Source: a virus
Length of the DNA stretch: 64,000 nt
Virus record (IMG/VR): IMGVR_UViG_3300027057_000001
Location: 36,683 to 100,682 of that record
Direction: 5' to 3' (one strand)
The notes under the pieces were generated by a model. The model ran no database searches, was not told where the DNA came from, and saw only the letters and a list, made by a program, of their open reading frames with translations. How positions within the stretch are numbered: position 1 is the first letter of the stretch; each line of letters begins with the position of its first letter. This document shows, in pieces, positions 8,860 through 18,165 of the stretch. A program made the position numbers and the translations under genes.

Positions 8860-10641
8860 GTGGCAACACTCTGGGAAGGATTCACAGCGAACGTGGGCAA
8901 TGCCCTGCGCTCGTTCTTTGCCCGGACCCCTCAGAGGCAGGCGGCGGAGCTTCAGCGAGGCGGCACACCGGCAGTCTCGATGGCCGGGCTACCATACAAC
9001 CTGGTCACGCAGTTCGGCTACGATGCGCTCGCCAACTACCTCCGCATCGACCAAGACCTCCAGCAGCGCTACACCGACTACGAGGAGATGGACGAGTACC
9101 CCGAAATCAGTGTGGGGCTCGACATCTACGCCGACGACTCTACCAGCCCAGACCTGGACCGGGAGCAGGCGATCTGGGCAGTGAGCGAGGACAAGAGGAC
9201 CGCCGACGAACTGAACCACATGCTCCACAAGCAACTCCTCATCGAGGAAGACATCTGGGGCGTGGTCAGGACGCTGTGCAAGTACGGCAACGTCTTCGGT
9301 GAGTGCTTGGTGACCGACCAGGGGCTCGTGGGCATCAACTACCTCCCTCCGCCGACCACGCGGCGTGTCGAAGGCCCGCGCGGGCAACTCATCGGCTTCA
9401 TCCAGGACATCCGGGGCGAGTTCAACATCAGCCTGGAGGACTTCTACAAGCTCGCGGAGCAGCAGCAGGCGTACCGCCAGGGGCAGACAGACCGACAGGC
9501 GGCACCGGCTGCCATGGGTCGCAAGCCTGGCGAGTTGACCGTCTTCGAGGACTGGGAGTTGATTCACTGGCGACTCCGGGGCAAGCACCTGCGCTCCGTC
9601 TACGGGCACGCGGTCATCGACCCGGCTCGCTGGATATGGAAGCGGCTGGCGCTCCTCGAAGACGCCCTGCTCATCTACAAGCTGGAGCGCGCCCCTGCTC
9701 GCTACGCCTTCTACATCGACGTGGGCGAGCTTGACGCCGAGCGCGGCCTGGCGTTCGTCAACAAGGTCAAGAACAGCTTCACCCGCCAGAAGTTCGTCAA
9801 CCCCAACACCGGCAAACTGGACATGCGGTTCAACCCGCTGGCCATGGACGAGGACTTCTTCGTGCCGGTGCGGGCTGGCAAGCGGACGACCGAGATCGAC
9901 GTCATCAGCGGCCCGGACTATTCCGAGACCGAGACGCTGGAGTACCACCGGGACAAGCTCGTCAGCGCCATCAAAATCCCGAAGGTCTACATGGGGTATG
10001 GCGGCGAGAGCACGCGCAACGCCCTGTCCAGCGAGGACATCCGGTTCGCCCGCACGGTGATGCGGATTCAGCGCGTCACGAGGAGCGGATTCCGCCAGGC
10101 GTCTCGCGTCCATCTCATCGCCAAGGGCATAGACCCCAGGGCCGACTACGACATCAGGATGAACGTCCCGAGCCAGATTCTCGAACTGGCTCGCGTGGAG
10201 GTGATGAGCGCCACTGCCGATCTCGCCTCTCGCATGAAGGAGGACGTCGGCACGAGGTGGGTCCTGACGCACCTCTACAAGTTCTCGGAGGACGAAGCTG
10301 CTGCGGTCATGAAGGAGAAGAGCCAGGAAGAGCTTGACCGAGGCAAGCGCGAGGCCGACATCGAGAAGATGAGGATGGAGGGCATGTCACCGGAAGAGCA
10401 GCGAGATGCCATCCTGAAGGGGGATCTCGATGTCCGTCTGTCGAAGCTCATGACTGCTGTCTCTCGGCGCGACTGGCGGCGCGACTTCGAGCGCCCCCGC
10501 CACGTCGAAAAAAGGGCCGAGGAGAAGCTGTCCCGTGTCCTCAAGGAGAACCGCGATACAACCCGCCGCCTGAAGGAGCTTGGGGGCCTCATGATGGAGA
10601 TTCGTGGGGCACTCAGGGCTTCCGCTGCGCCTCCCATGTGA
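8860..10641 (+). CDS. Portal protein, T4 gp20-like
   Basis: EDALLIYKLERAPARYAFYIDVGEL, MDEDFFVPVR, EDIRFARTV motifs match gp20; GTG start just after the terL stop. Confidence 0.93.
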   Translation: MATLWEGFTANVGNALRSFFARTPQRQAAELQRGGTPAVSMAGLPYNLVTQFGYDALANYLRIDQDLQQRYTDYEEMDEYPEISVGLDIYADDSTSPDLDREQAIWAVSEDKRTADELNHMLHKQLLIEEDIWGVVRTLCKYGNVFGECLVTDQGLVGINYLPPPTTRRVEGPRGQLIGFIQDIRGEFNISLEDFYKLAEQQQAYRQGQTDRQAAPAAMGRKPGELTVFEDWELIHWRLRGKHLRSVYGHAVIDPARWIWKRLALLEDALLIYKLERAPARYAFYIDVGELDAERGLAFVNKVKNSFTRQKFVNPNTGKLDMRFNPLAMDEDFFVPVRAGKRTTEIDVISGPDYSETETLEYHRDKLVSAIKIPKVYMGYGGESTRNALSSEDIRFARTVMRIQRVTRSGFRQASRVHLIAKGIDPRADYDIRMNVPSQILELARVEVMSATADLASRMKEDVGTRWVLTHLYKFSEDEAAAVMKEKSQEELDRGKREADIEKMRMEGMSPEEQRDAILKGDLDVRLSKLMTAVSRRDWRRDFERPRHVEKRAEEKLSRVLKENRDTTRRLKELGGLMMEIRGALRASAAPPM

Positions 10642-10671
10642 TAGGATGCCTTTGGTGATGGGAACAGTGGC

Positions 10672-10701
10672 TTGACATCGGCTCAATGGTGGCCGTAGGT
10701 T
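10672..10701 (+). promoter_or_regulatory. Sigma70-like promoter for the head-core operon
   Basis: Intergenic TTGACA-18 bp-TAGGTT. Confidence 0.5.
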
Positions 10702-10735
10702 AGCTGCTTAGAGCAACCCATCATCCACGGGCGAC

Positions 10736-11668
10736 ATGACACGGAAATTGGTTGACGGCGAATACCTCTCCAAGCTCATCGAAGGCTCCCACGAGGAGGC
10801 CATTCGACGGGCTGACGAGATGGTGGAGAGCCATTCCGAGCTATTCGGCGGTGGTGAGGGTGTCCAGCTTCAGTCCTGGACTTTCCCCCAGCACGTCATC
10901 GTCGCCAACTCGGAAGGTGAGTTCTTTCGCGCCTCCCTTGGTGTCTCAGAGGACACCGGAGAGGCCACTTTCGAGCAGGTCGAGACCATCGACGTGCCCG
11001 TGCGCGAGGCCAGGACGATGGCCCGCGAGGCTCGCGAGACCGCGACCTCGGCGGTGGATGCCATCCTCTCTGGCGACCGCAACGGAGCACTGAGGGCTGT
11101 CAGCGACCTTCACGACCTCGTGCAGGGTGGTGTGCGGCTGACGGCAGAGGCCGTCGAAGACGATCTGCTCTCCGTGGACGTGTCCGACGCCGACTGGTTC
11201 AAGGCAGTCCGTGTCAACGAGAAACAGATGCGGAGCTTCGTCGGGGCAGAGGCCAACAAGCCCACCCCGCAGCCCCGCTTCGAGAACATCCAGGAGCACA
11301 CCCCGGACAATGCCGACCGGCTTCGTCAGATCGTCACAAGCAGCCTCGTCTCCCTGAAGGAGAGCCTGGCTGGCATGTGCAACGGCCTGGCGCTGGCTCG
11401 CGAGGTCACCGAGGCCCATGTGCTTCAGGGGGGTGCCGGTGACGCCGCGATGTCCGCGATGGACTACGTGGAGTTCGTCGGTGCCTTCGACTCCGACCTC
11501 TGCCGCGTCAAGGGTGTCGTCGAAGACGCCATGATGGTGGCGCAGGACGGCTCGCTGGACAGCCTGGGTCGCATCCATGACAGCGTGGCGTCCAGGATGT
11601 ACGAGATGGCACTGGCGGCGGCGTTCTGCGAGAAGCTGGCCCGCCGATTCGACGCCCCTGCGGCGTAG
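10736..11668 (+). CDS. Hypothetical head-morphogenesis protein
   Basis: Acidic helical protein between the portal and protease genes. Confidence 0.55.
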   Translation: MTRKLVDGEYLSKLIEGSHEEAIRRADEMVESHSELFGGGEGVQLQSWTFPQHVIVANSEGEFFRASLGVSEDTGEATFEQVETIDVPVREARTMAREARETATSAVDAILSGDRNGALRAVSDLHDLVQGGVRLTAEAVEDDLLSVDVSDADWFKAVRVNEKQMRSFVGAEANKPTPQPRFENIQEHTPDNADRLRQIVTSSLVSLKESLAGMCNGLALAREVTEAHVLQGGAGDAAMSAMDYVEFVGAFDSDLCRVKGVVEDAMMVAQDGSLDSLGRIHDSVASRMYEMALAAAFCEKLARRFDAPAA

Positions 11669-11677
11669 GAGGTCAGC

Positions 11678-13720
11678 ATGAGGCACCCTCACAACGCAAC
11701 TGTCCGACCGCTCGACGAAGAGCTTGCCGAGATGGGGCTCAACCCCGACAAGGTGCTCTCCGAGATCGACCGCAACACCGCGATGCTCGAAGGTGAGTCT
11801 CCGCTGCTCGATCCAGCGGGTCTACCCGAAGGCTCCGAGGACGTCCCCCGCTCTCTGGCCCAGTACGGCTCGACCCTGCTGGACGAGAAGAAGAAGTGTA
11901 AGAAGAAGGAGGACGACGACGAGGACGACGACGACTCCGACGACGATGGACCCGAAGGCGACGAGTACGAGGGCATGGGCGAGGGCCAGGACCCGGAACC
12001 CGCTCCCGAGCCAGTCTCCGAGGACGTCATCGTCGAGAAGGAGTGGATCGCCAAGGCGATCAAGGACCCGGGCCGCGTGCGGAAGTACCTGGGCGTGCCA
12101 GAGGGCGAGAAGATCCCGATGGCGAAGATCGAAGCCGCCATCGAGAAGCTGAAGGGCCAGCCCGACAGCGACGAGAAGAAGAGTCTCATCGGTGCCCTGG
12201 TGCTCGCGAAGCGCCTGAAGAGCGGCATCGGCGAGGATGTGACCGAGGACCAGATCTCCGACCTTCTGTACCTCATCGACGAGGGCTGGGAACTCGACGA
12301 GGCTGGTCTCGGCATCGTGAAGAAGGCGCGCGGCGCGGCTGCTCGCCTGGCCAAGCGCATGAGGCACCGGGCCTACCTGAAGTCTCGCGGGGCCATGAAG
12401 CTCGCCGCGAAGATCTACCGGAAGAAGTTCAAGCGGAAGATCAAGCGCCGCGAGAAGATGAAGCTGCGCCGCTTCGGTCGCGAGGGGTTGGCGAAGCTCC
12501 ACAAGATGGGGAAGCGCGTCGTCCAGCGCGTGACCGGGAAGAAGAAGAAGAAGGAGTGGGCCGACACCATCGCCAGTCTCCAAGAGGAGATGGGCGTGAT
12601 GGAGGAGACCTTCGGCATCCAGGAGCCCATCGACGAGGACATCGAGGAGCGCGAATACTCCCCCACGGTGGAGGCCCTTCTCAACGCGGCAGAGACCGCG
12701 ATGTACCTCGGCGAGGTCTTCGACGCCATGGGCGACGAAGCGGGCCAGGTTCTCCTGAAGCTCTCCGACAAGGCCGTGGACCTCGCGGACGTCATCGAGG
12801 CCAATGAGAACGGCGAGCCGACCGAGGAGCAGGAGAAGCACCTGGACACGGTGCTCGATGCCGTGATCAAGGCCCTGGGAGAGTACGAGGACCGGGGCTC
12901 CCCCTCTCTGAGCGAGGCCATCGGCATGGCGCTCGTCGCCGAGGGCGTGGGCACCTGGGACGAACTGGTCGAGTACAAGATCCCGACACCTGCCGAGATG
13001 CAAGCTCGCATCGCTGGCGGGAAGAAGGCGCACCAGAAGACTGGCCACAGGGTTCCGGCTGGCAAGACGGTCTCTCCCGACCCCACGGTCGCCGGGAAGT
13101 ACCTGAAGGCCATCAACATGGCCATGCAGAAGCGCGAGCCTGCCGCAGCGATGAAGGCTGCCGAGAAGGTGCTGAAGAAGCACAAGGTCATGGACGCCAA
13201 GGGGCTGCCGGTCACGCGCATCGACACGATGACCGACGTGCTGCGGACGGTGTTCTACCTCTCGCAGATCACCGGCCTGAAGGCCCCGGCCTGGATGTAC
13301 GCCGGGAAGAAGAAGCCATGGTTCGTGGCCAAGGGCGACGACGACCAGCCCGGCATGGCGAAGACCGACGCGAAGCTCGTCGGCGCGCTGAAGGCCCTGG
13401 GCGCTCCCGCTGGCCTGCTGAAGGCCATGGGTGAGGAGTTCGAGCACGTCACCGACTTCGTCTTCTCTCTCGAAGAGGCGGGGATGGGGGCGCAATCGGT
13501 GGTGCCCGGTCTGGACCCGGACCAGGAGCGCATCTTCGACACCATCGTGCTGATGGCGACGAACGACGGCGCGTCCTACAAGAAACGGGACGCCAAGGGT
13601 GCGGTGAAGAGGGCCGCGACTCAGCACAAGCGGGACGCGGCGAGCGACCTCGCTTTCGACCTGAAGAAGGTCGAGCCCTACGCCACCAAAGAGGTGGCCC
13701 GGCGCTGGGCTGCGGCGTGA
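11678..13720 (+). CDS. Prohead core/internal protein, modular (includes a gp68-like basic tract)
   Basis: Occupies the position of T4 gp67/68; alternating poly-acidic and K/R-rich segments; many L/I-x-E sites. Confidence 0.55.
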   Translation: MRHPHNATVRPLDEELAEMGLNPDKVLSEIDRNTAMLEGESPLLDPAGLPEGSEDVPRSLAQYGSTLLDEKKKCKKKEDDDEDDDDSDDDGPEGDEYEGMGEGQDPEPAPEPVSEDVIVEKEWIAKAIKDPGRVRKYLGVPEGEKIPMAKIEAAIEKLKGQPDSDEKKSLIGALVLAKRLKSGIGEDVTEDQISDLLYLIDEGWELDEAGLGIVKKARGAAARLAKRMRHRAYLKSRGAMKLAAKIYRKKFKRKIKRREKMKLRRFGREGLAKLHKMGKRVVQRVTGKKKKKEWADTIASLQEEMGVMEETFGIQEPIDEDIEEREYSPTVEALLNAAETAMYLGEVFDAMGDEAGQVLLKLSDKAVDLADVIEANENGEPTEEQEKHLDTVLDAVIKALGEYEDRGSPSLSEAIGMALVAEGVGTWDELVEYKIPTPAEMQARIAGGKKAHQKTGHRVPAGKTVSPDPTVAGKYLKAINMAMQKREPAAAMKAAEKVLKKHKVMDAKGLPVTRIDTMTDVLRTVFYLSQITGLKAPAWMYAGKKKPWFVAKGDDDQPGMAKTDAKLVGALKALGAPAGLLKAMGEEFEHVTDFVFSLEEAGMGAQSVVPGLDPDQERIFDTIVLMATNDGASYKKRDAKGAVKRAATQHKRDAASDLAFDLKKVEPYATKEVARRWAAA

Positions 13721-13947
13721 AATGGGTGCCCCTCGAATGGCTGTTCGAGGCCCCGCGAAAGCGACGGACAGCCTATCGAAGTGGGCGTAGAGAGCTTCTG
13801 GGAGTGGAGACGCGACGAAATATCATTGGCTTCGAGAAGCCTGGTGAGCGTAAGATAGCTCCCAAGAGGAAGCGCCCGAAGAAGTCGAGGAGCGTCATAG
13901 ACCGCACGGCACTGAGGGCGAAGACGAAGAAATCGAGGGTCTGGTAA
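13717..13947 (+). CDS. Small basic protein with W-x-x-L-x-x-L-F-E leader
   Basis: GTGA overlap upstream, TAATG overlap downstream; Arg/Lys-rich. Confidence 0.6.
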   Translation: MKWVPLEWLFEAPRKRRTAYRSGRRELLGVETRRNIIGFEKPGERKIAPKRKRPKKSRSVIDRTALRAKTKKSRVW

Positions 13948-15599
13948 TGGCCGAAATTCTCATCGACTCCATGCCTCTGGAGTTCACGCTGGAAGAGGCG
14001 AAGGATCGCCCCGGCAAGTACGTGGCTCGTGGGCAGTTCGCCCGCAGCGACAAGCCGACCGAGAACAAGCGGCTGTACGGCCCCCACCTGTGGGAGCGCG
14101 AGATCGGTCGCCTGTCCGACTCCATGAAGGGCCGCATGGTCTTCGGCGAGTTGGACCACCCGGCTGACGGGCGGACCAAGCTCCAGCGGGTCTCACACAT
14201 CCTCACCAACCTCCGCGCCGATGGCGCTGAGATCATGGGCGAGGCGGAGATCCTGGACACTCCCAACGGGCGCATCCTGAAGGCCATCCTGGACGCCAAC
14301 GGCAAGGTCGGCGTGTCCAGCCGTGGATTCGGGACGACCAAGGTGACCGGCAGTGGAGTCCACGAGGTGCAGGAAGACTTCCGTCTCCACACATTCGACT
14401 TCGTGGCGGACCCCGCAATGAAGACGGCGTATCCCGACGTGTTCCACGAGGAGACGCAGAAGATACCGGAGGACGGCATGGAACTGACCCTGGAAGACCT
14501 GAAGAGGGACTACCCAGGGCTCGTGGAGGCGCTGTCGAGCGAGGTCAAGACCGCCGCTCTGACGGAGGCTGGCGAGACCCATGGGCAAGCTCTCAGCGAG
14601 GCGGTGACGGCGGCAGAGGAGCGCACCGAGGCGAGGCTGCGAGAGCAGTTCTCCGGTGAGCTTCGGCGAACCATCGAGCAGATCGAGGAGTCGGCTCGCG
14701 AGAAGGCCCACAGCGAGGCCGCGAGCGACCCGACCCTGGCTGGCTCGAAGCTGGCGGTCGAGCAGATCGCCCGCATCATCGCGCCCTTCGGCGTCCCGAT
14801 GGACCAGAAGGCGGAACTCGACCGCAAGGACGAGGAGATCGCCAAGCTGAAGGGCGACCTCGCCGAGCGTGACCTGGAAATCCAGGCCGCGAAGAAGCAG
14901 GCCGAGGAGTACAAGGCCGTCGCCACCGAGGCGGCGTTCCAGCTTCATCTGGAGCGCCTGGTGTCGGAGGACGACTCCAAGGACGCGATCATCTCACTCG
15001 TCGGCGCTGTCGCCCAGTACGGCACGACCGACGAGATCGAGGCCAAGGTGGAGGCCGTCAGAGACGAGCTTGCCAAGGCCAAGGTGCAGGAGCAGGAGAA
15101 GGCGGAGCAGGCCGACGCCGAGACCCAGGCCAAGATCGAGGAGATCGAAGCCCGGCTCGATGCGGCGGAAAAGAAGGCCGAGGAAGCCGAGGCCGAGAAG
15201 GAGAAGGCGAACGACCGCACCCGGAAGGCTCTCCAAGTGGCCGAGGAGATGCAGCTTGCGATTCACGTCGAGCAGCGTCTTCGCGAGCACAAGGGGGGCG
15301 ACGACCTGCGTGCCCTGTGCGAGAATGCCAAGTCCGCCGACGAGGTGGACAGCATCATCGCGGGGTACGACGAGCGCCATCCCGAGCCCCCTCGCATCGA
15401 CGAGGATCAGGCACAGCGGATCAGGAGCCGCGCGGCCACCGGGAAGGAGCGGGACATTCACGAGGACACTCACGGGAAGCCCGAGGACGAGGGCAAGGGC
15501 AACGGCGTGGACGAGCACGCCGAAGACCCCCTCGCCGCCCTGGGTCTGACCGAGGAGCAGTTCGACGAGTTCGCCGGGACGAAGGGTCTCGACAGTTAG
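13947..15599 (+). CDS. Prohead protease (T4 gp21-like) fused to a coiled-coil scaffold
   Basis: GELDHP, VSH, TPNG, GVSSRGFG, FDFVADP motifs; long E/A/K coiled-coil C-terminus. Confidence 0.9.
   Translation: MAEILIDSMPLEFTLEEAKDRPGKYVARGQFARSDKPTENKRLYGPHLWEREIGRLSDSMKGRMVFGELDHPADGRTKLQRVSHILTNLRADGAEIMGEAEILDTPNGRILKAILDANGKVGVSSRGFGTTKVTGSGVHEVQEDFRLHTFDFVADPAMKTAYPDVFHEETQKIPEDGMELTLEDLKRDYPGLVEALSSEVKTAALTEAGETHGQALSEAVTAAEERTEARLREQFSGELRRTIEQIEESAREKAHSEAASDPTLAGSKLAVEQIARIIAPFGVPMDQKAELDRKDEEIAKLKGDLAERDLEIQAAKKQAEEYKAVATEAAFQLHLERLVSEDDSKDAIISLVGAVAQYGTTDEIEAKVEAVRDELAKAKVQEQEKAEQADAETQAKIEEIEARLDAAEKKAEEAEAEKEKANDRTRKALQVAEEMQLAIHVEQRLREHKGGDDLRALCENAKSADEVDSIIAGYDERHPEPPRIDEDQAQRIRSRAATGKERDIHEDTHGKPEDEGKGNGVDEHAEDPLAALGLTEEQFDEFAGTKGLDS
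14478..15599 (+). CDS. Putative nested scaffold protein from an internal in-frame start
   Basis: GGAGG at 14468-14472, ATG 5 nt later, exactly at the protease/coiled-coil boundary. Confidence 0.5.
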   Translation: MELTLEDLKRDYPGLVEALSSEVKTAALTEAGETHGQALSEAVTAAEERTEARLREQFSGELRRTIEQIEESAREKAHSEAASDPTLAGSKLAVEQIARIIAPFGVPMDQKAELDRKDEEIAKLKGDLAERDLEIQAAKKQAEEYKAVATEAAFQLHLERLVSEDDSKDAIISLVGAVAQYGTTDEIEAKVEAVRDELAKAKVQEQEKAEQADAETQAKIEEIEARLDAAEKKAEEAEAEKEKANDRTRKALQVAEEMQLAIHVEQRLREHKGGDDLRALCENAKSADEVDSIIAGYDERHPEPPRIDEDQAQRIRSRAATGKERDIHEDTHGKPEDEGKGNGVDEHAEDPLAALGLTEEQFDEFAGTKGLDS

Positions 15600-15630
15600 G
15601 GCCTCCTGGGGCCAAATCGAGGAGGGAGTT

Positions 15631-17127
15631 ATGGAAGCGAGGAACCAACTCACCGAGGCCGGTGCCAGGAGCATCAGGGATGAATCCTACACCGCGCAAC
15701 TGAAGGGCAAGTGGGGCAAGTACCTGAAGGGTGTGAAGGAAGAGCACACCCAGAAGTGCATGGCCATGCTCTTCGAGAACCAGTTCGGCGACATGCGTCG
15801 TCAACTGTCGGAGGACACGCTGGCCGTGAACTCGGCGGAGTACACCAAGTACATCTTCCCCGTTCTCAGGCGCGTCTTCCCCAACCTGATCGCCAACGAG
15901 GTCGTCAGCATCCAGCCGATGACCGCGCCGGTCGGGGCCGTGTTCTACTTCGAGTACAAGCACGGCAAGTCCAAGGGCTCGACGGCGGCGGGCACCAACC
16001 TGCTCCAGAACTTCGACGAGAACTACTCGGCGGAGTTGGTGCAGTGGGAGCAGCTTGCCGCCATCGTGGCCGGTGGCGAGTGGTCCGGGGCGACCCCCGG
16101 CTCCGTCATCCTGGCCTACTCCCCGGTGCGACCGCTGGACACCGCTCTCGGCATCCGGTGCGTCATCCAGGAGTACAACCCGACGACCGACACCGTGGTC
16201 CAGGAGGCCATCGACGACGGCGCGGGCGGGTTCACGGGCGCGGTGGCCACGGGCGTCATCAACTACGCCAACGGCCAGGTGACGAACTTCACGTTCGCCG
16301 CCGCGACCACGGCGGGCAACGTCGTTCGGACGTCGTACCAGTACGACTCCGAGGCGAACCGTCTGGTCCCCGACGTGTTCATCGACATCGAGCTTCAGGA
16401 GATCCGGGCCACCACGCGCAAGCTGAAGGCCCGCTGGTCCTCCGAGGCTGCCGACGACCTCCGCGCCTTCCACGGCGTGGACGCCGAGACCGAGTTGGTC
16501 AGCGGCATCTCCCAGGAGATCTCGCTCGAACTCGACCGGGGCATCCTGGAAGAGCTTTTCCAGGCGTCGGCTGGCATCGTCCGGTCCTTCGACTTCACCG
16601 TCCCGGCGGGGCTGTCGGAGATCGACCACATCCGGTCGGTCATGACCCAGATGTCCAACGTCAGCTTCCAGATCCACAAGGAGTCGCGCCGGGCTCCCGC
16701 GAACTGGGCCGTGACGAGCCCGGAGGTTTCCTCCAAGATCGTCCAGCTTCAGACGCACATGGACTACCGCGCGCCGTGGGTCTCGGACCCGGCCAGCCCG
16801 AGCGGCCCCTACGACGGCACCGTCGTGCCGCCGAGCTACGGCCCGATCACGAGCCACTTCGGCATCCTCCGCATGGGGCCTCTGAGCAACAAGTGGATGA
16901 TGTACCAGGACCCCTTCTTCAGGACGAACTACATCCTGCTGGGGCTCCGGGGCCAGAGCTACCTGGACGCGGGCTTCGTGTTCGCGCCCTACGTGCCGCT
17001 CCAACTGACCCCGACGTTCCTGGACCCGGAGGACCAGACCTACCGGAAGGGCCTCCGCACCCGGTACGCCACGAAGCTCCTGCGGAGCGAGTGGTACGGA
17101 AGGGTTCAAATCACCGGAGGTCTGTAG
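15631..17127 (+). CDS. Major capsid protein, T4 gp23-like
   Basis: IQPMTAPVGAVFY, RKLKARWS.EAADDL.AFHGVDAETEL, FAPYVPL, RKGLRTRYA; likely maturation site QLSE61. Confidence 0.95.
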   Translation: MEARNQLTEAGARSIRDESYTAQLKGKWGKYLKGVKEEHTQKCMAMLFENQFGDMRRQLSEDTLAVNSAEYTKYIFPVLRRVFPNLIANEVVSIQPMTAPVGAVFYFEYKHGKSKGSTAAGTNLLQNFDENYSAELVQWEQLAAIVAGGEWSGATPGSVILAYSPVRPLDTALGIRCVIQEYNPTTDTVVQEAIDDGAGGFTGAVATGVINYANGQVTNFTFAAATTAGNVVRTSYQYDSEANRLVPDVFIDIELQEIRATTRKLKARWSSEAADDLRAFHGVDAETELVSGISQEISLELDRGILEELFQASAGIVRSFDFTVPAGLSEIDHIRSVMTQMSNVSFQIHKESRRAPANWAVTSPEVSSKIVQLQTHMDYRAPWVSDPASPSGPYDGTVVPPSYGPITSHFGILRMGPLSNKWMMYQDPFFRTNYILLGLRGQSYLDAGFVFAPYVPLQLTPTFLDPEDQTYRKGLRTRYATKLLRSEWYGRVQITGGL

Positions 17128-17149
17128 ACCTTTCGGTGGCTTGCGCCGC

Positions 17150-17206
17150 TTGACTCAAAGATAACAACGATTCACACTCACCCCTGGCGGCTTGTTCGCC
17201 GGGAGG
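17150..17206 (+). promoter_or_regulatory. HNH gene promoter plus RBS-sequestering hairpin
   Basis: TTGACT-17 bp-CACACT; stem 17183-17190/17196-17203 overlaps GGGAGG. Confidence 0.45.
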
Positions 17207-17211
17207 TGGGC

Positions 17212-17694
17212 GTGGACGACGAATCCCTCGCAAGATTCAAGCTGAAGTACGTGGTGGCCGATGAGCCGCACGAGCGTCTTGGTACGCCGTGCTGGTTGTG
17301 GACTGGTGCGAAAAAGAATGGCGGCTATGGATTCATATGGGTGCCACGGGAGCCTGGTGGGAAGGTCAGAGAGGGGTATCAGCGTTCTGCTCATGTGCTC
17401 ATCTACGAGCATGTGAACGGGCCTGTCCCAGGGGGGCTGGAGCTTGATCATCTCTGTCGCGTGCGACACTGTGTCAACCCGGCTCACCTCGAAGCGGTCA
17501 CGCACGCCGAGAACGTGAAGAGGGGCGAGGCAGGGCTCCACAACCCGGCCAAGACGCACTGCCCCAATGGGCACGCCTACACGGCTGAGAACACGCTCAT
17601 CATCAACGACCCCCGTGGAGCCCATCGGCGGTGCAAAAGGTGTCACGCCGACTACGAGCGCAAGCGCAGGCAACGACTGAGGAAGAAACGCTAG
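17212..17694 (+). CDS. Free-standing HNH homing endonuclease
   Basis: CWLWTG..GYG, AH, LDHLCRVRHCVNPAHLE.VT..EN, and a THCPNGH Zn finger. Confidence 0.9.
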   Translation: MDDESLARFKLKYVVADEPHERLGTPCWLWTGAKKNGGYGFIWVPREPGGKVREGYQRSAHVLIYEHVNGPVPGGLELDHLCRVRHCVNPAHLEAVTHAENVKRGEAGLHNPAKTHCPNGHAYTAENTLIINDPRGAHRRCKRCHADYERKRRQRLRKKR

Positions 17695-17735
17695 TTCGTG
17701 TGTGGTAGGATGCCCTGGAAGGAGGGCACACCTAC

Positions 17736-18122
17736 ATGGCACACCGTTACGTCAAGCACCCGATGTACGTCGGGAAGAGCCTCACCGTCCAGCGTGGGCG
17801 GCAGGACAAACTCGTGGGTGACCGCGAAGTCCTGGTGGGCCGAGAGTGGGAGAAGTTCGTCAAGCAGGGCCTTCTTGTCCCGGCCCCAGAGGAGGAGAAG
17901 CCGGCGCCGAAGGTCAAGCCGGCCCCCAAGCCGGCTCCTGAGCCTGTCAAGGAGCCCGATCCCACACCCGTTCCCTCGCCGCCCGAGCCCGAGCCCGAGC
18001 AGAAGGCGGAGCCCGAGGTGGAGAAGGGCGCTCGCGACGAGGGATCTGTCTCGAAGTCGCCTGCCTCGAAGGTGAGCGGCGCGGGCGGGAAGAAGAAGAA
18101 GGGTCGCAAGGGGAAGAAGTAG
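17736..18122 (+). CDS. Small protein with Pro/Glu/Lys-rich tail
   Basis: GGAGG RBS; short globular N-terminus and low-complexity tail. Confidence 0.6.
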   Translation: MAHRYVKHPMYVGKSLTVQRGRQDKLVGDREVLVGREWEKFVKQGLLVPAPEEEKPAPKVKPAPKPAPEPVKEPDPTPVPSPPEPEPEQKAEPEVEKGARDEGSVSKSPASKVSGAGGKKKKGRKGKK

Positions 18123-18165
18123 GACAGCTACGTCCCTTCCTGTAGACTAAGAGAAGGAGGGGTCG

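Noticed and set aside
10654-10726. Possible structured RNA (GGTGATGGG...CCCATCATC stem) between the portal and the next gene
   Set aside because: Only one short stem enclosing a promoter-like sequence; no recognisable RNA family
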